From: an uncultured Alphaproteobacteria bacterium
GTDB lineage: Bacteria > Pseudomonadota > Alphaproteobacteria > HIMB59 > GCA-002718135
Direction: 5' to 3'
DNA: 64,000 nucleotides
Assembly: GCA_902584805.1 (NCBI GenBank)
Contig: CACIBE010000002.1
Span: 67,409 to 131,408 of the forward strand
A program made the translations under genes and the position numbers. Each line of letters opens with the position of its first letter. The first letter of the stretch is position 1. This document shows, one piece after another, positions 1 to 8,354 of this stretch. The notes beneath the pieces were generated by a model. It did not search any database. It worked only from the letters and a program-made list of their open reading frames with translations, and was not told where the DNA came from.

Positions 1-57
1 GCTGAAGAATATCATCAAAAATATATTCAAAAAACAGGCTTACACTGCGCTATATAG
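1..57 (+). CDS. msrA: 3' end of peptide-methionine (S)-S-oxide reductase MsrA (partial, runs off the window start)
   Basis: Frame 1 from the window edge reads AEEYHQKYIQKTGLHCAI then TAG at 55-57. AE-YHQ-Y followed by a C-terminal Cys is the conserved MsrA tail. Only 18 codons are visible. Confidence 0.45.
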   Translation, partial: AEEYHQKYIQKTGLHCAI

Positions 58-77
58 ATTAATTCTTTAGGGAGTTT

Positions 78-260
78 ATGTCTGTCGATTTTTATTACGC
101 ATTTTTAACAGGTTGGGTAATACTTTTATTATTTTGGAGTACTATTGTTTTCTTTATATATCTGAGAAAACCTCCTAAATCCAAATTAACTAAAAGTTTT
201 ATAATCAAATCTTATCTGTTTTTTTTGGCACTATTGTTAATAATTTTAATTTTTCGATAA
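78..260 (+). CDS. Hypothetical small membrane protein (two predicted TM helices)
   Basis: 60-aa ORF with two hydrophobic stretches separated by a basic loop (RKPPKSKLTKS). No recognisable family. Confidence 0.3.
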   Translation: MSVDFYYAFLTGWVILLLFWSTIVFFIYLRKPPKSKLTKSFIIKSYLFFLALLLIILIFR

Positions 261-414
261 ACCGATTCGTTTTTATTATAAATTATGTATCAACATATAG
301 TAGGTCAAAAAGATTAAGATACTAACATATTGATAATTAACAACTTTTTTATATTTAATGTTGAATACTGGTTTTTTCATAAATATAAACTACCTCGAAA
401 TTAATAAAATTATT

Positions 415-639
415 ATGTCTATATTAAAAAATTATTTTAAACAAAACAGTGTGATGCACAGTTTCTCAAGTTGCCAATGGCCAATTGGAGATCCACAAGA
501 GAAAGATTTTCATTTTTGTGAGGCTGATACCGTTGCTGGGAAGCCTTATTGTCAGAGTCACTGTGATGTTGCATACATTGACGAAAAAGAGCTAAAAAAA
601 GAAAAAGAAGCTCAAAAAAATCGTCGCATTGCTGCTTAA
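415..639 (+). CDS. GcrA C-terminal-domain-like small protein (no N-terminal DNA-binding domain)
   Basis: CQWPIGDPQEKDFHFCEADTVAGKPYCQSHCDVAYI matches the C-x-WP-x-GDP...F-x-FC...PYC-x-x-H...AY signature of the GcrA C-terminal region. I prefer the ATG at 415 (MSILKNY...) over the track start at 358. Upstream DNA is stop-rich in all frames. Confidence 0.55.
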   Translation: MSILKNYFKQNSVMHSFSSCQWPIGDPQEKDFHFCEADTVAGKPYCQSHCDVAYIDEKELKKEKEAQKNRRIAA

Positions 640-725
640 GTCAATCTTTACAAATTATTTTCTCATCAAATGTTAATAATTTAGAGTTATTGACATAAGA
701 GACGTTTTTCTTAAAATAAAAAAAC

Positions 726-1910
726 ATGTTATTCAGTGTACTGAAAAAACTTAACTTTGATGGAACATTAGAAATCATAGATTCTAATGGCAAGAACCAT
801 AAATTTGGAAATTCAAACCCTCACGTTTGTATAAGACTGAAAAACAAATCTATTGAAAGAAAACTATTCTTCAACCCTAATCTGCATATAGGTGAAGCAT
901 ATATGAATGAGGAGTTAGTTGTAGAAAAAGGCACTATAGAAGACTTTCTTAATTTGATAACTAATTGTTACGATGATTTTATTTCTAACAATAAGTTTTA
1001 TAAATTTTATGAATATTTATCTTCTATTTTCATGCCATTTCAGCAGATTAATCAGCTTGTAAATTCAAAAAAAAATGTAGCACACCACTACGACATAAAT
1101 GAGGATTTATATAAATTATTTCTTGATCAGGATATGCAATATTCTTGCGCATATTTTCACAATCCCAATATGAGTTTAGATCAAGCACAGAAAGATAAAA
1201 AACAACATATAATTAAAAAACTTCAAATTACAGAAAATATGGATGTTCTTGATATTGGGTGTGGTTGGGGAGGAATGGCAATTGAAATAGCTAAATCTAC
1301 TGGCGCCAAAGTTAAAGGAATTACACTTTCAGAAAATCAATTTAAAACTGCATCTGAGCGAGCACAAAAAGAAGGTTTGGCTGATAAAGTTTCTTTTGCA
1401 CTACAAGATTATAGAAATGAGACCAAAAAATATGATCGCATTGTATCAGTTGGTATGTTTGAGCATGTTGGTGTTAAATATTTTAAAACTTATTTAAGTA
1501 AAGCTAATAATATTCTGAAAGAAAATGGTGTTTTTCTTTTGCATACAATTGGTCAAAGGGGTAAACCAACTGCTACAAGTCCTTGGATAAGAAAATACAT
1601 TTTTCCTGGAGGTTATATTCCATCATTATCTGAAGTAATGAATGCAACACAAAAACTTAATATAAATGTAACTGATGTTGAAGTATTAAGACTACATTAC
1701 GCTCACACACTTTCTAAATGGTATCAAAATGTTATTGAAAATAAAGATAAAATTATAAGTATGTTTGATCAGCGTTTTTTTAGAATGTGGGAGTTTTATC
1801 TATTGGCAAGCAAGTATTCCTTTGTAAATATGGGTAATGTTGTTTTCCAAATACAAATCGCAAAAAATATTAACAATTTGCCTCTCACAAGAAATTATAT
1901 CTACAACTAA
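726..1910 (+). CDS. cfa: Cyclopropane-fatty-acyl-phospholipid synthase family SAM-dependent methyltransferase
   Basis: SAM motif I VLDIGCGWGGMAIEIA. Also YSCAYF, HYDxxxxLYxLFLD and WEFYLxxS, typical of the CFA/mycolic-acid synthase family. Length is 394 aa. Confidence 0.85.
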   Translation: MLFSVLKKLNFDGTLEIIDSNGKNHKFGNSNPHVCIRLKNKSIERKLFFNPNLHIGEAYMNEELVVEKGTIEDFLNLITNCYDDFISNNKFYKFYEYLSSIFMPFQQINQLVNSKKNVAHHYDINEDLYKLFLDQDMQYSCAYFHNPNMSLDQAQKDKKQHIIKKLQITENMDVLDIGCGWGGMAIEIAKSTGAKVKGITLSENQFKTASERAQKEGLADKVSFALQDYRNETKKYDRIVSVGMFEHVGVKYFKTYLSKANNILKENGVFLLHTIGQRGKPTATSPWIRKYIFPGGYIPSLSEVMNATQKLNINVTDVEVLRLHYAHTLSKWYQNVIENKDKIISMFDQRFFRMWEFYLLASKYSFVNMGNVVFQIQIAKNINNLPLTRNYIYN

Positions 1911-1960
1911 ACAGTTTATATTTATTGAATTTCCAAGACAGGTAATATAATCTTTAGTTT

Positions 1961-2986
1961 ATGGCGCTATCCCTAAATAATTATATAATTAGAGCATCAA
2001 TTTTTTTAGTCGCTGTCTTTGTTATTGTTGTTTTATTATACCCAGTTTTACAAAATGCTTTTTTATCAAATATTTTTATTAACATTATAATTTTATTAGC
2101 ACTGTTAACTGGAATTGTATTTAATATTTTTCATCTCATTAACTTAAATTATAAATATATATCTTTCTCGAACTTTAATATTACAAATTCTATAGAAGCA
2201 TTCTCTACTTTAAGAGGGCAAGACAAAAACATTTCTCTTGAATTAAAAAATCTTGACGGAAAATTTGTTTTTAAAAGTTCATCAATAAATAGATTGATAG
2301 AGAATTCTGATATGACTTTGATAAGCATAAGAGAAACTTCTCGTTACCTGGTAGGTTTGCTAGTTTTTTTAGGACTCCTTGGAACTTTCTGGGGACTTCT
2401 AAAAACCATTGGATCTGTTGGCAATGTTATCAGCGGCTTAGGTATAGATGATACAAATGTTGCAGGTTTTTTTAATTCTCTTAAAGATGGATTAAATGCT
2501 CCACTTGAAGGCATGAGTATTGCATTTAGCAGTTCTTTATTAGGTTTAGCTGGCTCTTTAATATTAGGATTACTTGATTTAAATCTTGGACAAGCTCAAA
2601 ATAAATTTAGTCAATACTTTGAAAAAATACTTAATAGCAATTCTTCTCCAGATTTTTCTAAAGTAGAAGATAAGCCTACAGGTGAAGCAATTCAAAAAAT
2701 CTATGACAACTTAGAAAACCTCCTAAATGCTTTTAAGAAATCATCTGACAATCAAACTAAAATTTCAAACAATTTAGAGAAGTTTAATGAAATACTTAAT
2801 AAAATCAATTCCAACTCTTCAAATCTTGATAAGCAATTATCAAATTTCTTATCTTCACAATTAAACACACAATCTACACTAATGAACCTTACAGAAGCTT
2901 TAAGCAAAAATGGAATATTAGAAGCAAAAAAAGTTAAAGAGTATTTTCAGAAAATTGAAAAAGAACTAAAGAAAATTAAAAAATAA
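1961..2986 (+). CDS. MotA/TolQ/ExbB-family proton-channel protein with a C-terminal coiled-coil tail
   Basis: Two N-terminal TM helices, then the channel core LVGLLVFLGLLGTFWGLLKTIG ... EGMSIAFSSSLLGLAGSLILGLLD. A heptad-like N/K/E/L-rich tail of about 130 aa follows. The stop lies 3 nt before the MotB-like gene. Confidence 0.7.
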   Translation: MALSLNNYIIRASIFLVAVFVIVVLLYPVLQNAFLSNIFINIIILLALLTGIVFNIFHLINLNYKYISFSNFNITNSIEAFSTLRGQDKNISLELKNLDGKFVFKSSSINRLIENSDMTLISIRETSRYLVGLLVFLGLLGTFWGLLKTIGSVGNVISGLGIDDTNVAGFFNSLKDGLNAPLEGMSIAFSSSLLGLAGSLILGLLDLNLGQAQNKFSQYFEKILNSNSSPDFSKVEDKPTGEAIQKIYDNLENLLNAFKKSSDNQTKISNNLEKFNEILNKINSNSSNLDKQLSNFLSSQLNTQSTLMNLTEALSKNGILEAKKVKEYFQKIEKELKKIKK

Positions 2987-2988
2987 TA

Positions 2989-4839
2989 ATGTCTACTAGG
3001 TCTTTAAGAAATAGACTTGCTGATACAACAAATATTTGGCCCGGTTTTGTCGATGTTCTAGCTACTCTTTTAATAGTAATCATATTTGTGCTAATGGTTT
3101 TTACTGTTTCGCAAATATATCTGAGTGATGCTATATCTGGCCGAGATAAGGCGCTTCAAGATTTAAGAACACAAATAAATGAATTATCTAAAATACTTGT
3201 TATTGAAAAAAAAGATAAAGAAGCAGCCCTTTCAACTCTTTCTGAAACTGAGAAAAAACTTGAAGATACAGAATTAAATTTACAAAGTGAGCAATTATTA
3301 AGTGAGCAATTACAAACTGATGTTGCAAAAAAACGATCAGAAATATTTGTTCAGGAACAAAATATAATAGCTTTATCCGAGCAAATTAGTAGTCTTTTAA
3401 AAGAACTGAGAATAGTTGCAAATGCATTAGAAACTTATGAAGGACAAGAAATTACTTTACTTGAAACCGAGGGACTTGGAGAACGAATTAATAAAGCACT
3501 TGCAACAAGAATTGATCAACTAAAAATACTTAATCAAGAATTAGATAATGCTAATTTTAAACTACTTGAAAGTGAAAAATCTCTCAAATCTACAATAGCA
3601 GAATTAAATAAGAAGAATGAAAATTTAATGGCCATTAACGAAAGTCTGGGTCTAGAGGAAGGAGGTATTGAAGAGCAGTTACTTGCAATTAAAAATAAAA
3701 ATGAAAAGCTTCTAAGTTTAAATGATGAATTAGAAAATACAAACACTGAACTATCATTAAGAGATGAAGAATTACAAAAACAAAATGAAAAACTTCTAAG
3801 ATTAAATGATGAATTAGAAAATACAAACACTGAACTATCATTAAGAGATGAAGAATTACAAAGTCAAATATCCCAATATCAAGAACTAATGAATGATCTT
3901 TTAGAAATTAATGATAGTCTGGGCTTAAAAGATGCATCACTTAATGCACAACTTGATGCAATTAGGTTTAAAAATGAAGAATTAGCAAGATTAAATAAAG
4001 ATTTAATTCAGAAAGATAGCACCATTTTTAATTTGCGAGGAAAAATATCTGAATTGAATAATGTACTTTCTTTGTCTGAAGATAAACAAAAACAACAACT
4101 TGATAAACTTGAGCTACTTCAAAATCAAATTGCATTATTAGAACAAGAAAAACAAACGCAAAAAGAAACATCACTTGAAGAAATTAAAAATATGGAAATA
4201 CAATCTTCAAAAACATTAGAACAGGTAGAAATTCTTTCTAATCAAATTGACACTCTGCAAAAAGAAATTGCTTTACTTAATAGTGCTTTAGAAGCTAGTG
4301 AAAGTCAGGCTTTGATTAAAGATTTAGAAATAGAGGTACTAGGTGAAAAGTTAAATAAAGCCCTTACATCAAAAGTATTTGAACTTCAAAAATATAGATC
4401 TGAGTTTTTTGGAAAACTACAATCTATTTTAGGTGATAGAAAAGATATTAAAATTGTAGGAGATAGATTTATTTTTGAATCAGAGCTATTATTTGACTCT
4501 GCTTCAGCAGATTTACAACTATCTGGTAAAGAAAAATTAAGTGAAATTGGTCTTACTTTAAAAGAGACTACTAATGATATTCCATCAGATATTGATTGGA
4601 TTATAATGGTAGAAGGACACACAGACAAAAACCCTATACAGACAATCAGATATCCATCTAACTGGGAATTATCTTCAGCAAGAGCTAATACAGTTTTAAA
4701 ACTTCTTCTTGATCTTGGTTTTCCACCAAATAGATTAGCATCGGCAGGATATGGAGAGTTTTTTCCTATAAGTGATGGAGAAACCGAGAGCGATCTACAG
4801 CAAAATAGAAGGATTGAATTAAAACTCACTTCACGCTAA
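2989..4839 (+). CDS. MotB/OmpA-family peptidoglycan-anchored protein with a very long coiled-coil linker
   Basis: N-terminal TM WPGFVDVLATLLIVIIFVL with Asp22 (codon 3052-3054) at the position of the MotB/ExbD/TolR conserved Asp. About 430 aa are rich in E/K/L/N/Q with a heptad pattern. The C-terminal OmpA-like domain reads FDSASADL...VEGHTDKNP...SNWELSSARANTV...GYGEFFP...NRRIELKL. Confidence 0.8.
   Translation: MSTRSLRNRLADTTNIWPGFVDVLATLLIVIIFVLMVFTVSQIYLSDAISGRDKALQDLRTQINELSKILVIEKKDKEAALSTLSETEKKLEDTELNLQSEQLLSEQLQTDVAKKRSEIFVQEQNIIALSEQISSLLKELRIVANALETYEGQEITLLETEGLGERINKALATRIDQLKILNQELDNANFKLLESEKSLKSTIAELNKKNENLMAINESLGLEEGGIEEQLLAIKNKNEKLLSLNDELENTNTELSLRDEELQKQNEKLLRLNDELENTNTELSLRDEELQSQISQYQELMNDLLEINDSLGLKDASLNAQLDAIRFKNEELARLNKDLIQKDSTIFNLRGKISELNNVLSLSEDKQKQQLDKLELLQNQIALLEQEKQTQKETSLEEIKNMEIQSSKTLEQVEILSNQIDTLQKEIALLNSALEASESQALIKDLEIEVLGEKLNKALTSKVFELQKYRSEFFGKLQSILGDRKDIKIVGDRFIFESELLFDSASADLQLSGKEKLSEIGLTLKETTNDIPSDIDWIIMVEGHTDKNPIQTIRYPSNWELSSARANTVLKLLLDLGFPPNRLASAGYGEFFPISDGETESDLQQNRRIELKLTSR
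3700..3867 (+). repeat. Tandem 84-bp (28-codon) in-frame duplication inside the coiled-coil region
   Basis: 3700-3783 and 3784-3867 differ at about 4 positions, with an identical core of about 60 nt. Both encode NEKLL(S/R)LNDELENTNTELSLRDEELQ. A more diverged copy of a larger unit (INESLGLEE.../INDSLGLKD...) flanks it. Confidence 0.9.
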
Positions 4840-4880
4840 TTTGCCTTAAATTTAACATAAACTGATCTTAAAAAATCGAT

Positions 4881-5384
4881 ATGAGATTCTTAATTTTATT
4901 TGTATTCAGTTTATTTAGCTCTTACTCTGTATTTGCTGCTTGTAGTGATCAACCTGCAAATGAGGTAGACTGGACTAATTGTAATTTTGTAGAAAATCTC
5001 GATCTATCTGGTACTGGCTTGGCAAATTCTCAAATGTCAGGAGTTAATTTATCTTTATCTAATTTTGAAAAATCTCAACTTAATAATTCAAATTTATCTA
5101 TTGGTAATTTTATCTTCTCAAATTTCAGTAATTCAAATTTATATGCATCAAATTTACAGGGAGCTAATTGTAATAATGCTAACTTTGATAATGCAAACCT
5201 TGCAAAAGTAAACTTTGAAGGATCTAATCTCTTTGGAGCGACTTTTAAAGGTGCAAATCTATATGAGGCAAATCTACTTGGTGCTAATATTTCAGGTGCA
5301 ATGTTTGATGAAGCAAATTTGTCAAACGCTATATGGATAGATGGTAAAAAATGTGCTCTTGGTTCTATAGGCAGTTGCCAATAA
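4881..5384 (+). CDS. Pentapeptide-repeat protein with a lipoprotein-type signal peptide
   Basis: N-terminus MRFLILFVFSLFSSYSVFAAC has a lipobox-like VFAAC. The body is made of A(N/D)L-x-x pentapeptide repeats (ANLAKVNFEGSNLFGATFKGANLYEANLLGANISGAMFDEANLSNA). Confidence 0.8.
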   Translation: MRFLILFVFSLFSSYSVFAACSDQPANEVDWTNCNFVENLDLSGTGLANSQMSGVNLSLSNFEKSQLNNSNLSIGNFIFSNFSNSNLYASNLQGANCNNANFDNANLAKVNFEGSNLFGATFKGANLYEANLLGANISGAMFDEANLSNAIWIDGKKCALGSIGSCQ

Positions 5385-5558
5385 TTATTTTATTTCTTTT
5401 TATTGTCAGTTGCAAAATGTCAGACGTATCTGAAATACAAAAAATTGATGATAATAAAGTTAATTTTAAGATCTCAGGAACTAAAGAAACTGGTATTCAA
5501 ATAAATAACTAAAATATTAATTTACTTTTATCAAATTTAATGATTTGACCTTTAAATA

Positions 5559-6461
5559 ATGAGTCAAAATTCTTATCTATATGCCTTTAGTGTAGTTTTT
5601 CTTGCTGGAATTTTTTGGAGTTTTGGAGCGTTGACTGTTAGATATATGGTGGATGGTCATCAATATGTTTTTCAATATTTATTTTATAGAGGCTTAACTA
5701 TTTCAATTATACTTCTTATATATTTATTCTTTCGTGAAGGATTTGCTTTTTATAAAAATTTTCTCAAAATAGGAATACCATCTATACTTGGAGGTTTATT
5801 TCTAGCAACAGCTTTTACTGGGTTCATTTTTTCTATTACTATGACTACGGCTGCCGTAACATTATTTATGTTAGCAGCGATGCCTTTTATTGCAGCCATT
5901 GTTGGTTATTTTGTTCTTGGCGAAATACTAAAAAGATCAACATTAATTGCAATGGTTGTAGCATTTATAGGTGTGTGCGTAATGATTATAAATGACAGTA
6001 TTTCTGGAACTGCTTTAGGTGCAATAATAGGATTTATTTCTGCAACAGGTTTTGCATTATACACGGTAACAATAAGATGGAAACCTGAAACACCAAAATT
6101 CACAACTGTTGTTTTAGCGGGAATATTTTGTACAATATTTGCGTTCTTTATTTTGGGCTTCTCTTTTGAACCTTTTATTCTGATGCCTGAAATAAATAGT
6201 TATTTGAGTATACTTCATGGAATAATTGTTGCAGCCGGCTTAATACTTTACAGTCTTGGAGCTAAATATTTACCCTCAGCTGAGCTAGCACTTTTATCTT
6301 TAATGGAAGTTGTTGGAGGAGTTCTGTGGGTTTGGCTTCCTATTTTTGGAATTAATGAAGTACCAAGTACAACTGTAATTATTGGAGGTTTCATAATAAC
6401 TTTAGCTGTAGTTTATTATGGTTTTGCTACTAGGCAGATTAATACCAATATTAAAACTTAA
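5559..6461 (+). CDS. EamA/DMT-superfamily transporter
   Basis: 300 aa with about 10 hydrophobic helices in two similar halves, typical of the drug/metabolite transporter (EamA) family. Confidence 0.75.
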   Translation: MSQNSYLYAFSVVFLAGIFWSFGALTVRYMVDGHQYVFQYLFYRGLTISIILLIYLFFREGFAFYKNFLKIGIPSILGGLFLATAFTGFIFSITMTTAAVTLFMLAAMPFIAAIVGYFVLGEILKRSTLIAMVVAFIGVCVMIINDSISGTALGAIIGFISATGFALYTVTIRWKPETPKFTTVVLAGIFCTIFAFFILGFSFEPFILMPEINSYLSILHGIIVAAGLILYSLGAKYLPSAELALLSLMEVVGGVLWVWLPIFGINEVPSTTVIIGGFIITLAVVYYGFATRQINTNIKT

Positions 6462-7693
6462 ATATTTGCTGAAAATTTATTAATATTTTTTCTTGGTAAA
6501 TTATTTTTAGACCAAACTGTATCAAGAGCCTTAATCATTTTTTCGATATGCTCTTTTCTGTGTTTTGGGGTAACAGTTATTCTTAGTCTTTCTAAACCTT
6601 TTGGTACAGTCGGGTAAAAAATTGGTTGTGCATAAATACCATGATCATCAATTAAATCTTTAGACACTTTTTTGCACAAAAAAGGATCATTAATTAATAC
6701 TGCTATAATATGAGAATTTGTATCCAAATAAGGGATTGCTAAGGAATCTAAATTTTCTCTTATTAAAGCTGCATTTTCTTTTATTCTTATTCTTAGTTGT
6801 TCTGCCAGAGAAACAATATCTATTGCTTTAGCAGCTCCTGCAGCAATTGATGGGCAGATTGAAGTTGTAAAAATAAAACCTGGAGCAAAACTTCTAATGT
6901 AATCAATTATTTCTGAACTAGCTGCAATATAACCTCCCATTTGACCATATGCTTTTGCTAAAGTTCCATTAATAATATCTATTTTATCTTCAACTCCCAT
7001 TTCTACTGCAATACCTTTACCTTCTTCACCGTAAAGTCCAACTGAATGAACTTCATCCAGATATGTCATACAGTTGTATTTTTTTGCTAACTCTACTACT
7101 TTTACTATAGGCGATCTTATACCTTCCATAGAGTATAAACTTTCAAAAACGATTAACTTAGGATTATCTACATTTGACTCTTTTAGTAACTGTTCTAAAT
7201 GATCAATGTCATTGTGTTTAAATATATGACACTTAGCACCACTATTCTTAATACCTTGTATTAAAGAAGCATGATTTAATTCATCAGAAAATATCTCAAT
7301 ATCTTTAATTTTTTTTCCTAAAGTCCATAAAGTAGATTGGTTTGCTGTATAAGCAGAAGCAAAAACTAATGCCGACTCTTTATTATGAACATTTGCCAGT
7401 TTTTTTTCAAGTTCAGTATGATAGGTTGATGTACCAGAAATATTTCTTGTTCCACCTGAACCAGATCCATATTCAAGTAGTGTTTTTACAATTTCATTTA
7501 CTACCTCTGGGTGCTGACTCATGTTCAGATAGTCATTAGAACACCAAACCTCGACTTCTCTTTCTTTATTTTTGAAACTTTCATCTGCACTTGGAAAACT
7601 TTTTATAGGTCTGTCTATGTTTCTAAAGTCCCTATAAAGACCTTGATCTTTTAAATTTTTTAATTCAGATTCAAAGAAATTTTTATATTGCAT
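6458..7693 (-). CDS. hemA: 5-aminolevulinate synthase (C4 pathway)
   Basis: Alpha-oxoamine synthase fold: N-terminal [40 protein letters not shown], and PLP-lysine region GTLAKAYG. It sits beside the heme genes. ALAS is the alphaproteobacterial route to ALA. Confidence 0.9.
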   Translation of the reverse strand: MQYKNFFESELKNLKDQGLYRDFRNIDRPIKSFPSADESFKNKEREVEVWCSNDYLNMSQHPEVVNEIVKTLLEYGSGSGGTRNISGTSTYHTELEKKLANVHNKESALVFASAYTANQSTLWTLGKKIKDIEIFSDELNHASLIQGIKNSGAKCHIFKHNDIDHLEQLLKESNVDNPKLIVFESLYSMEGIRSPIVKVVELAKKYNCMTYLDEVHSVGLYGEEGKGIAVEMGVEDKIDIINGTLAKAYGQMGGYIAASSEIIDYIRSFAPGFIFTTSICPSIAAGAAKAIDIVSLAEQLRIRIKENAALIRENLDSLAIPYLDTNSHIIAVLINDPFLCKKVSKDLIDDHGIYAQPIFYPTVPKGLERLRITVTPKHRKEHIEKMIKALDTVWSKNNLPRKNINKFSANI

Positions 7694-7748
7694 TTTTATT
7701 AGATATCTTACCCAATCTTTAATTGTAAGTGTTTAATTGAATGAATTG

Positions 7749-8327
7749 TCACACCTTATTTCTACTAAAAGACATTCTCCTCCAGACACCATATTTATCT
7801 TTAATTATAAATCGATGATACAACGCTGCTGCAATATGAAGTGAAAAAAGAGCTGTTAGTATAAGTGCTGAGTAGTAGTGTATAGCTAGAGCTTGAGGGT
7901 ATAGAAAAAAGTTCTCTTCGATTAAAGGTGGTATTTTAATTAATCCCAAGAGATGAACATCTTCTCCTCCAAGCCATGTCATAAAGGTACCTTGAATAGG
8001 AATAAGAATAACTAAACCATAAAGTACAAAATGGACTAAATTCGAGACCAATTTATGAAATAAAGGAATATTTTCATATTTAGGATTAGTATTAAATATG
8101 TATTTCCACATTAATCTAAGTACAACTAAACTAAAGACTAAGGTACCAAAAAATTTATGAGTAATAATAAAACCCATTTTAAGAGGAGAAAATTCCATAT
8201 TATGAAGGCTAATCCCCGTTGCAACTTGCCAAAAAAGAAGAAGTGCTAATGACCAATGAAAAAGTTTTGCAACTAAGCCCCAAGAAGATTTTGTACCTTT
8301 AAATTCAATCATTACCAATTTTATCAT
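7749..8327 (-). CDS. Cytochrome b561 family protein (CybB-like, di-heme membrane cytochrome)
   Basis: 192 aa with 4 TM helices and conserved His residues in the helices (FHWSLALLL, ITHKFFG, HxxxA..YH). Its N-terminus resembles the cytochrome b561/PRK11513 family. Confidence 0.7.
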   Translation of the reverse strand: MIKLVMIEFKGTKSSWGLVAKLFHWSLALLLFWQVATGISLHNMEFSPLKMGFIITHKFFGTLVFSLVVLRLMWKYIFNTNPKYENIPLFHKLVSNLVHFVLYGLVILIPIQGTFMTWLGGEDVHLLGLIKIPPLIEENFFLYPQALAIHYYSALILTALFSLHIAAALYHRFIIKDKYGVWRRMSFSRNKV

Positions 8328-8354
8328 ATAGTGCTATTTAAAATAATATAATCC

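Noticed and set aside
3534-4829. Antisense ORFs 3534..3830 (98 aa) and 4386..4829 (147 aa) inside the MotB/OmpA-like gene
   Set aside because: Their S/F/N/L-rich low-complexity translations are the expected mirror of an E/K/L-rich coiled-coil and OmpA-domain coding strand. The sense strand has strong domain motifs. There is no independent evidence for them.
1961-4839. Possibility that the MotA-like/MotB-like pair is a Zorya (ZorAB) anti-phage system, or a flagellar/Tol/Exb stator
   Set aside because: No ZorC/ZorD-type (or ZorE) genes follow it; the downstream genes are a pentapeptide lipoprotein and a DMT transporter. In Zorya the long tail is on ZorA, whereas here the very long coiled coil is on the OmpA-bearing B subunit. 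No fli/flg, tonB, tolA/tolB/pal genes are adjacent. It is kept as an orphan motor finding rather than assigned to a known system.
5417-5512. 31-codon ORF (MSDVSEIQKIDDNKVNFKISGTKETGIQINN) in the 174-bp spacer after the pentapeptide-repeat gene
   Set aside because: No Shine-Dalgarno-like sequence and no recognisable motif. An ORF of this length is expected by chance. It may be real, since the spacer is unusually long for this genome, but it cannot be supported from sequence alone.
8347-8352. TATAAT hexamer in the 27-bp cyt b561/hemC spacer as the hemC promoter -10
   Set aside because: It ends 2 nt before the hemC ATG, so a start site about 7 nt downstream would fall inside the coding sequence. 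In DNA this AT-rich the hexamer is expected by chance.
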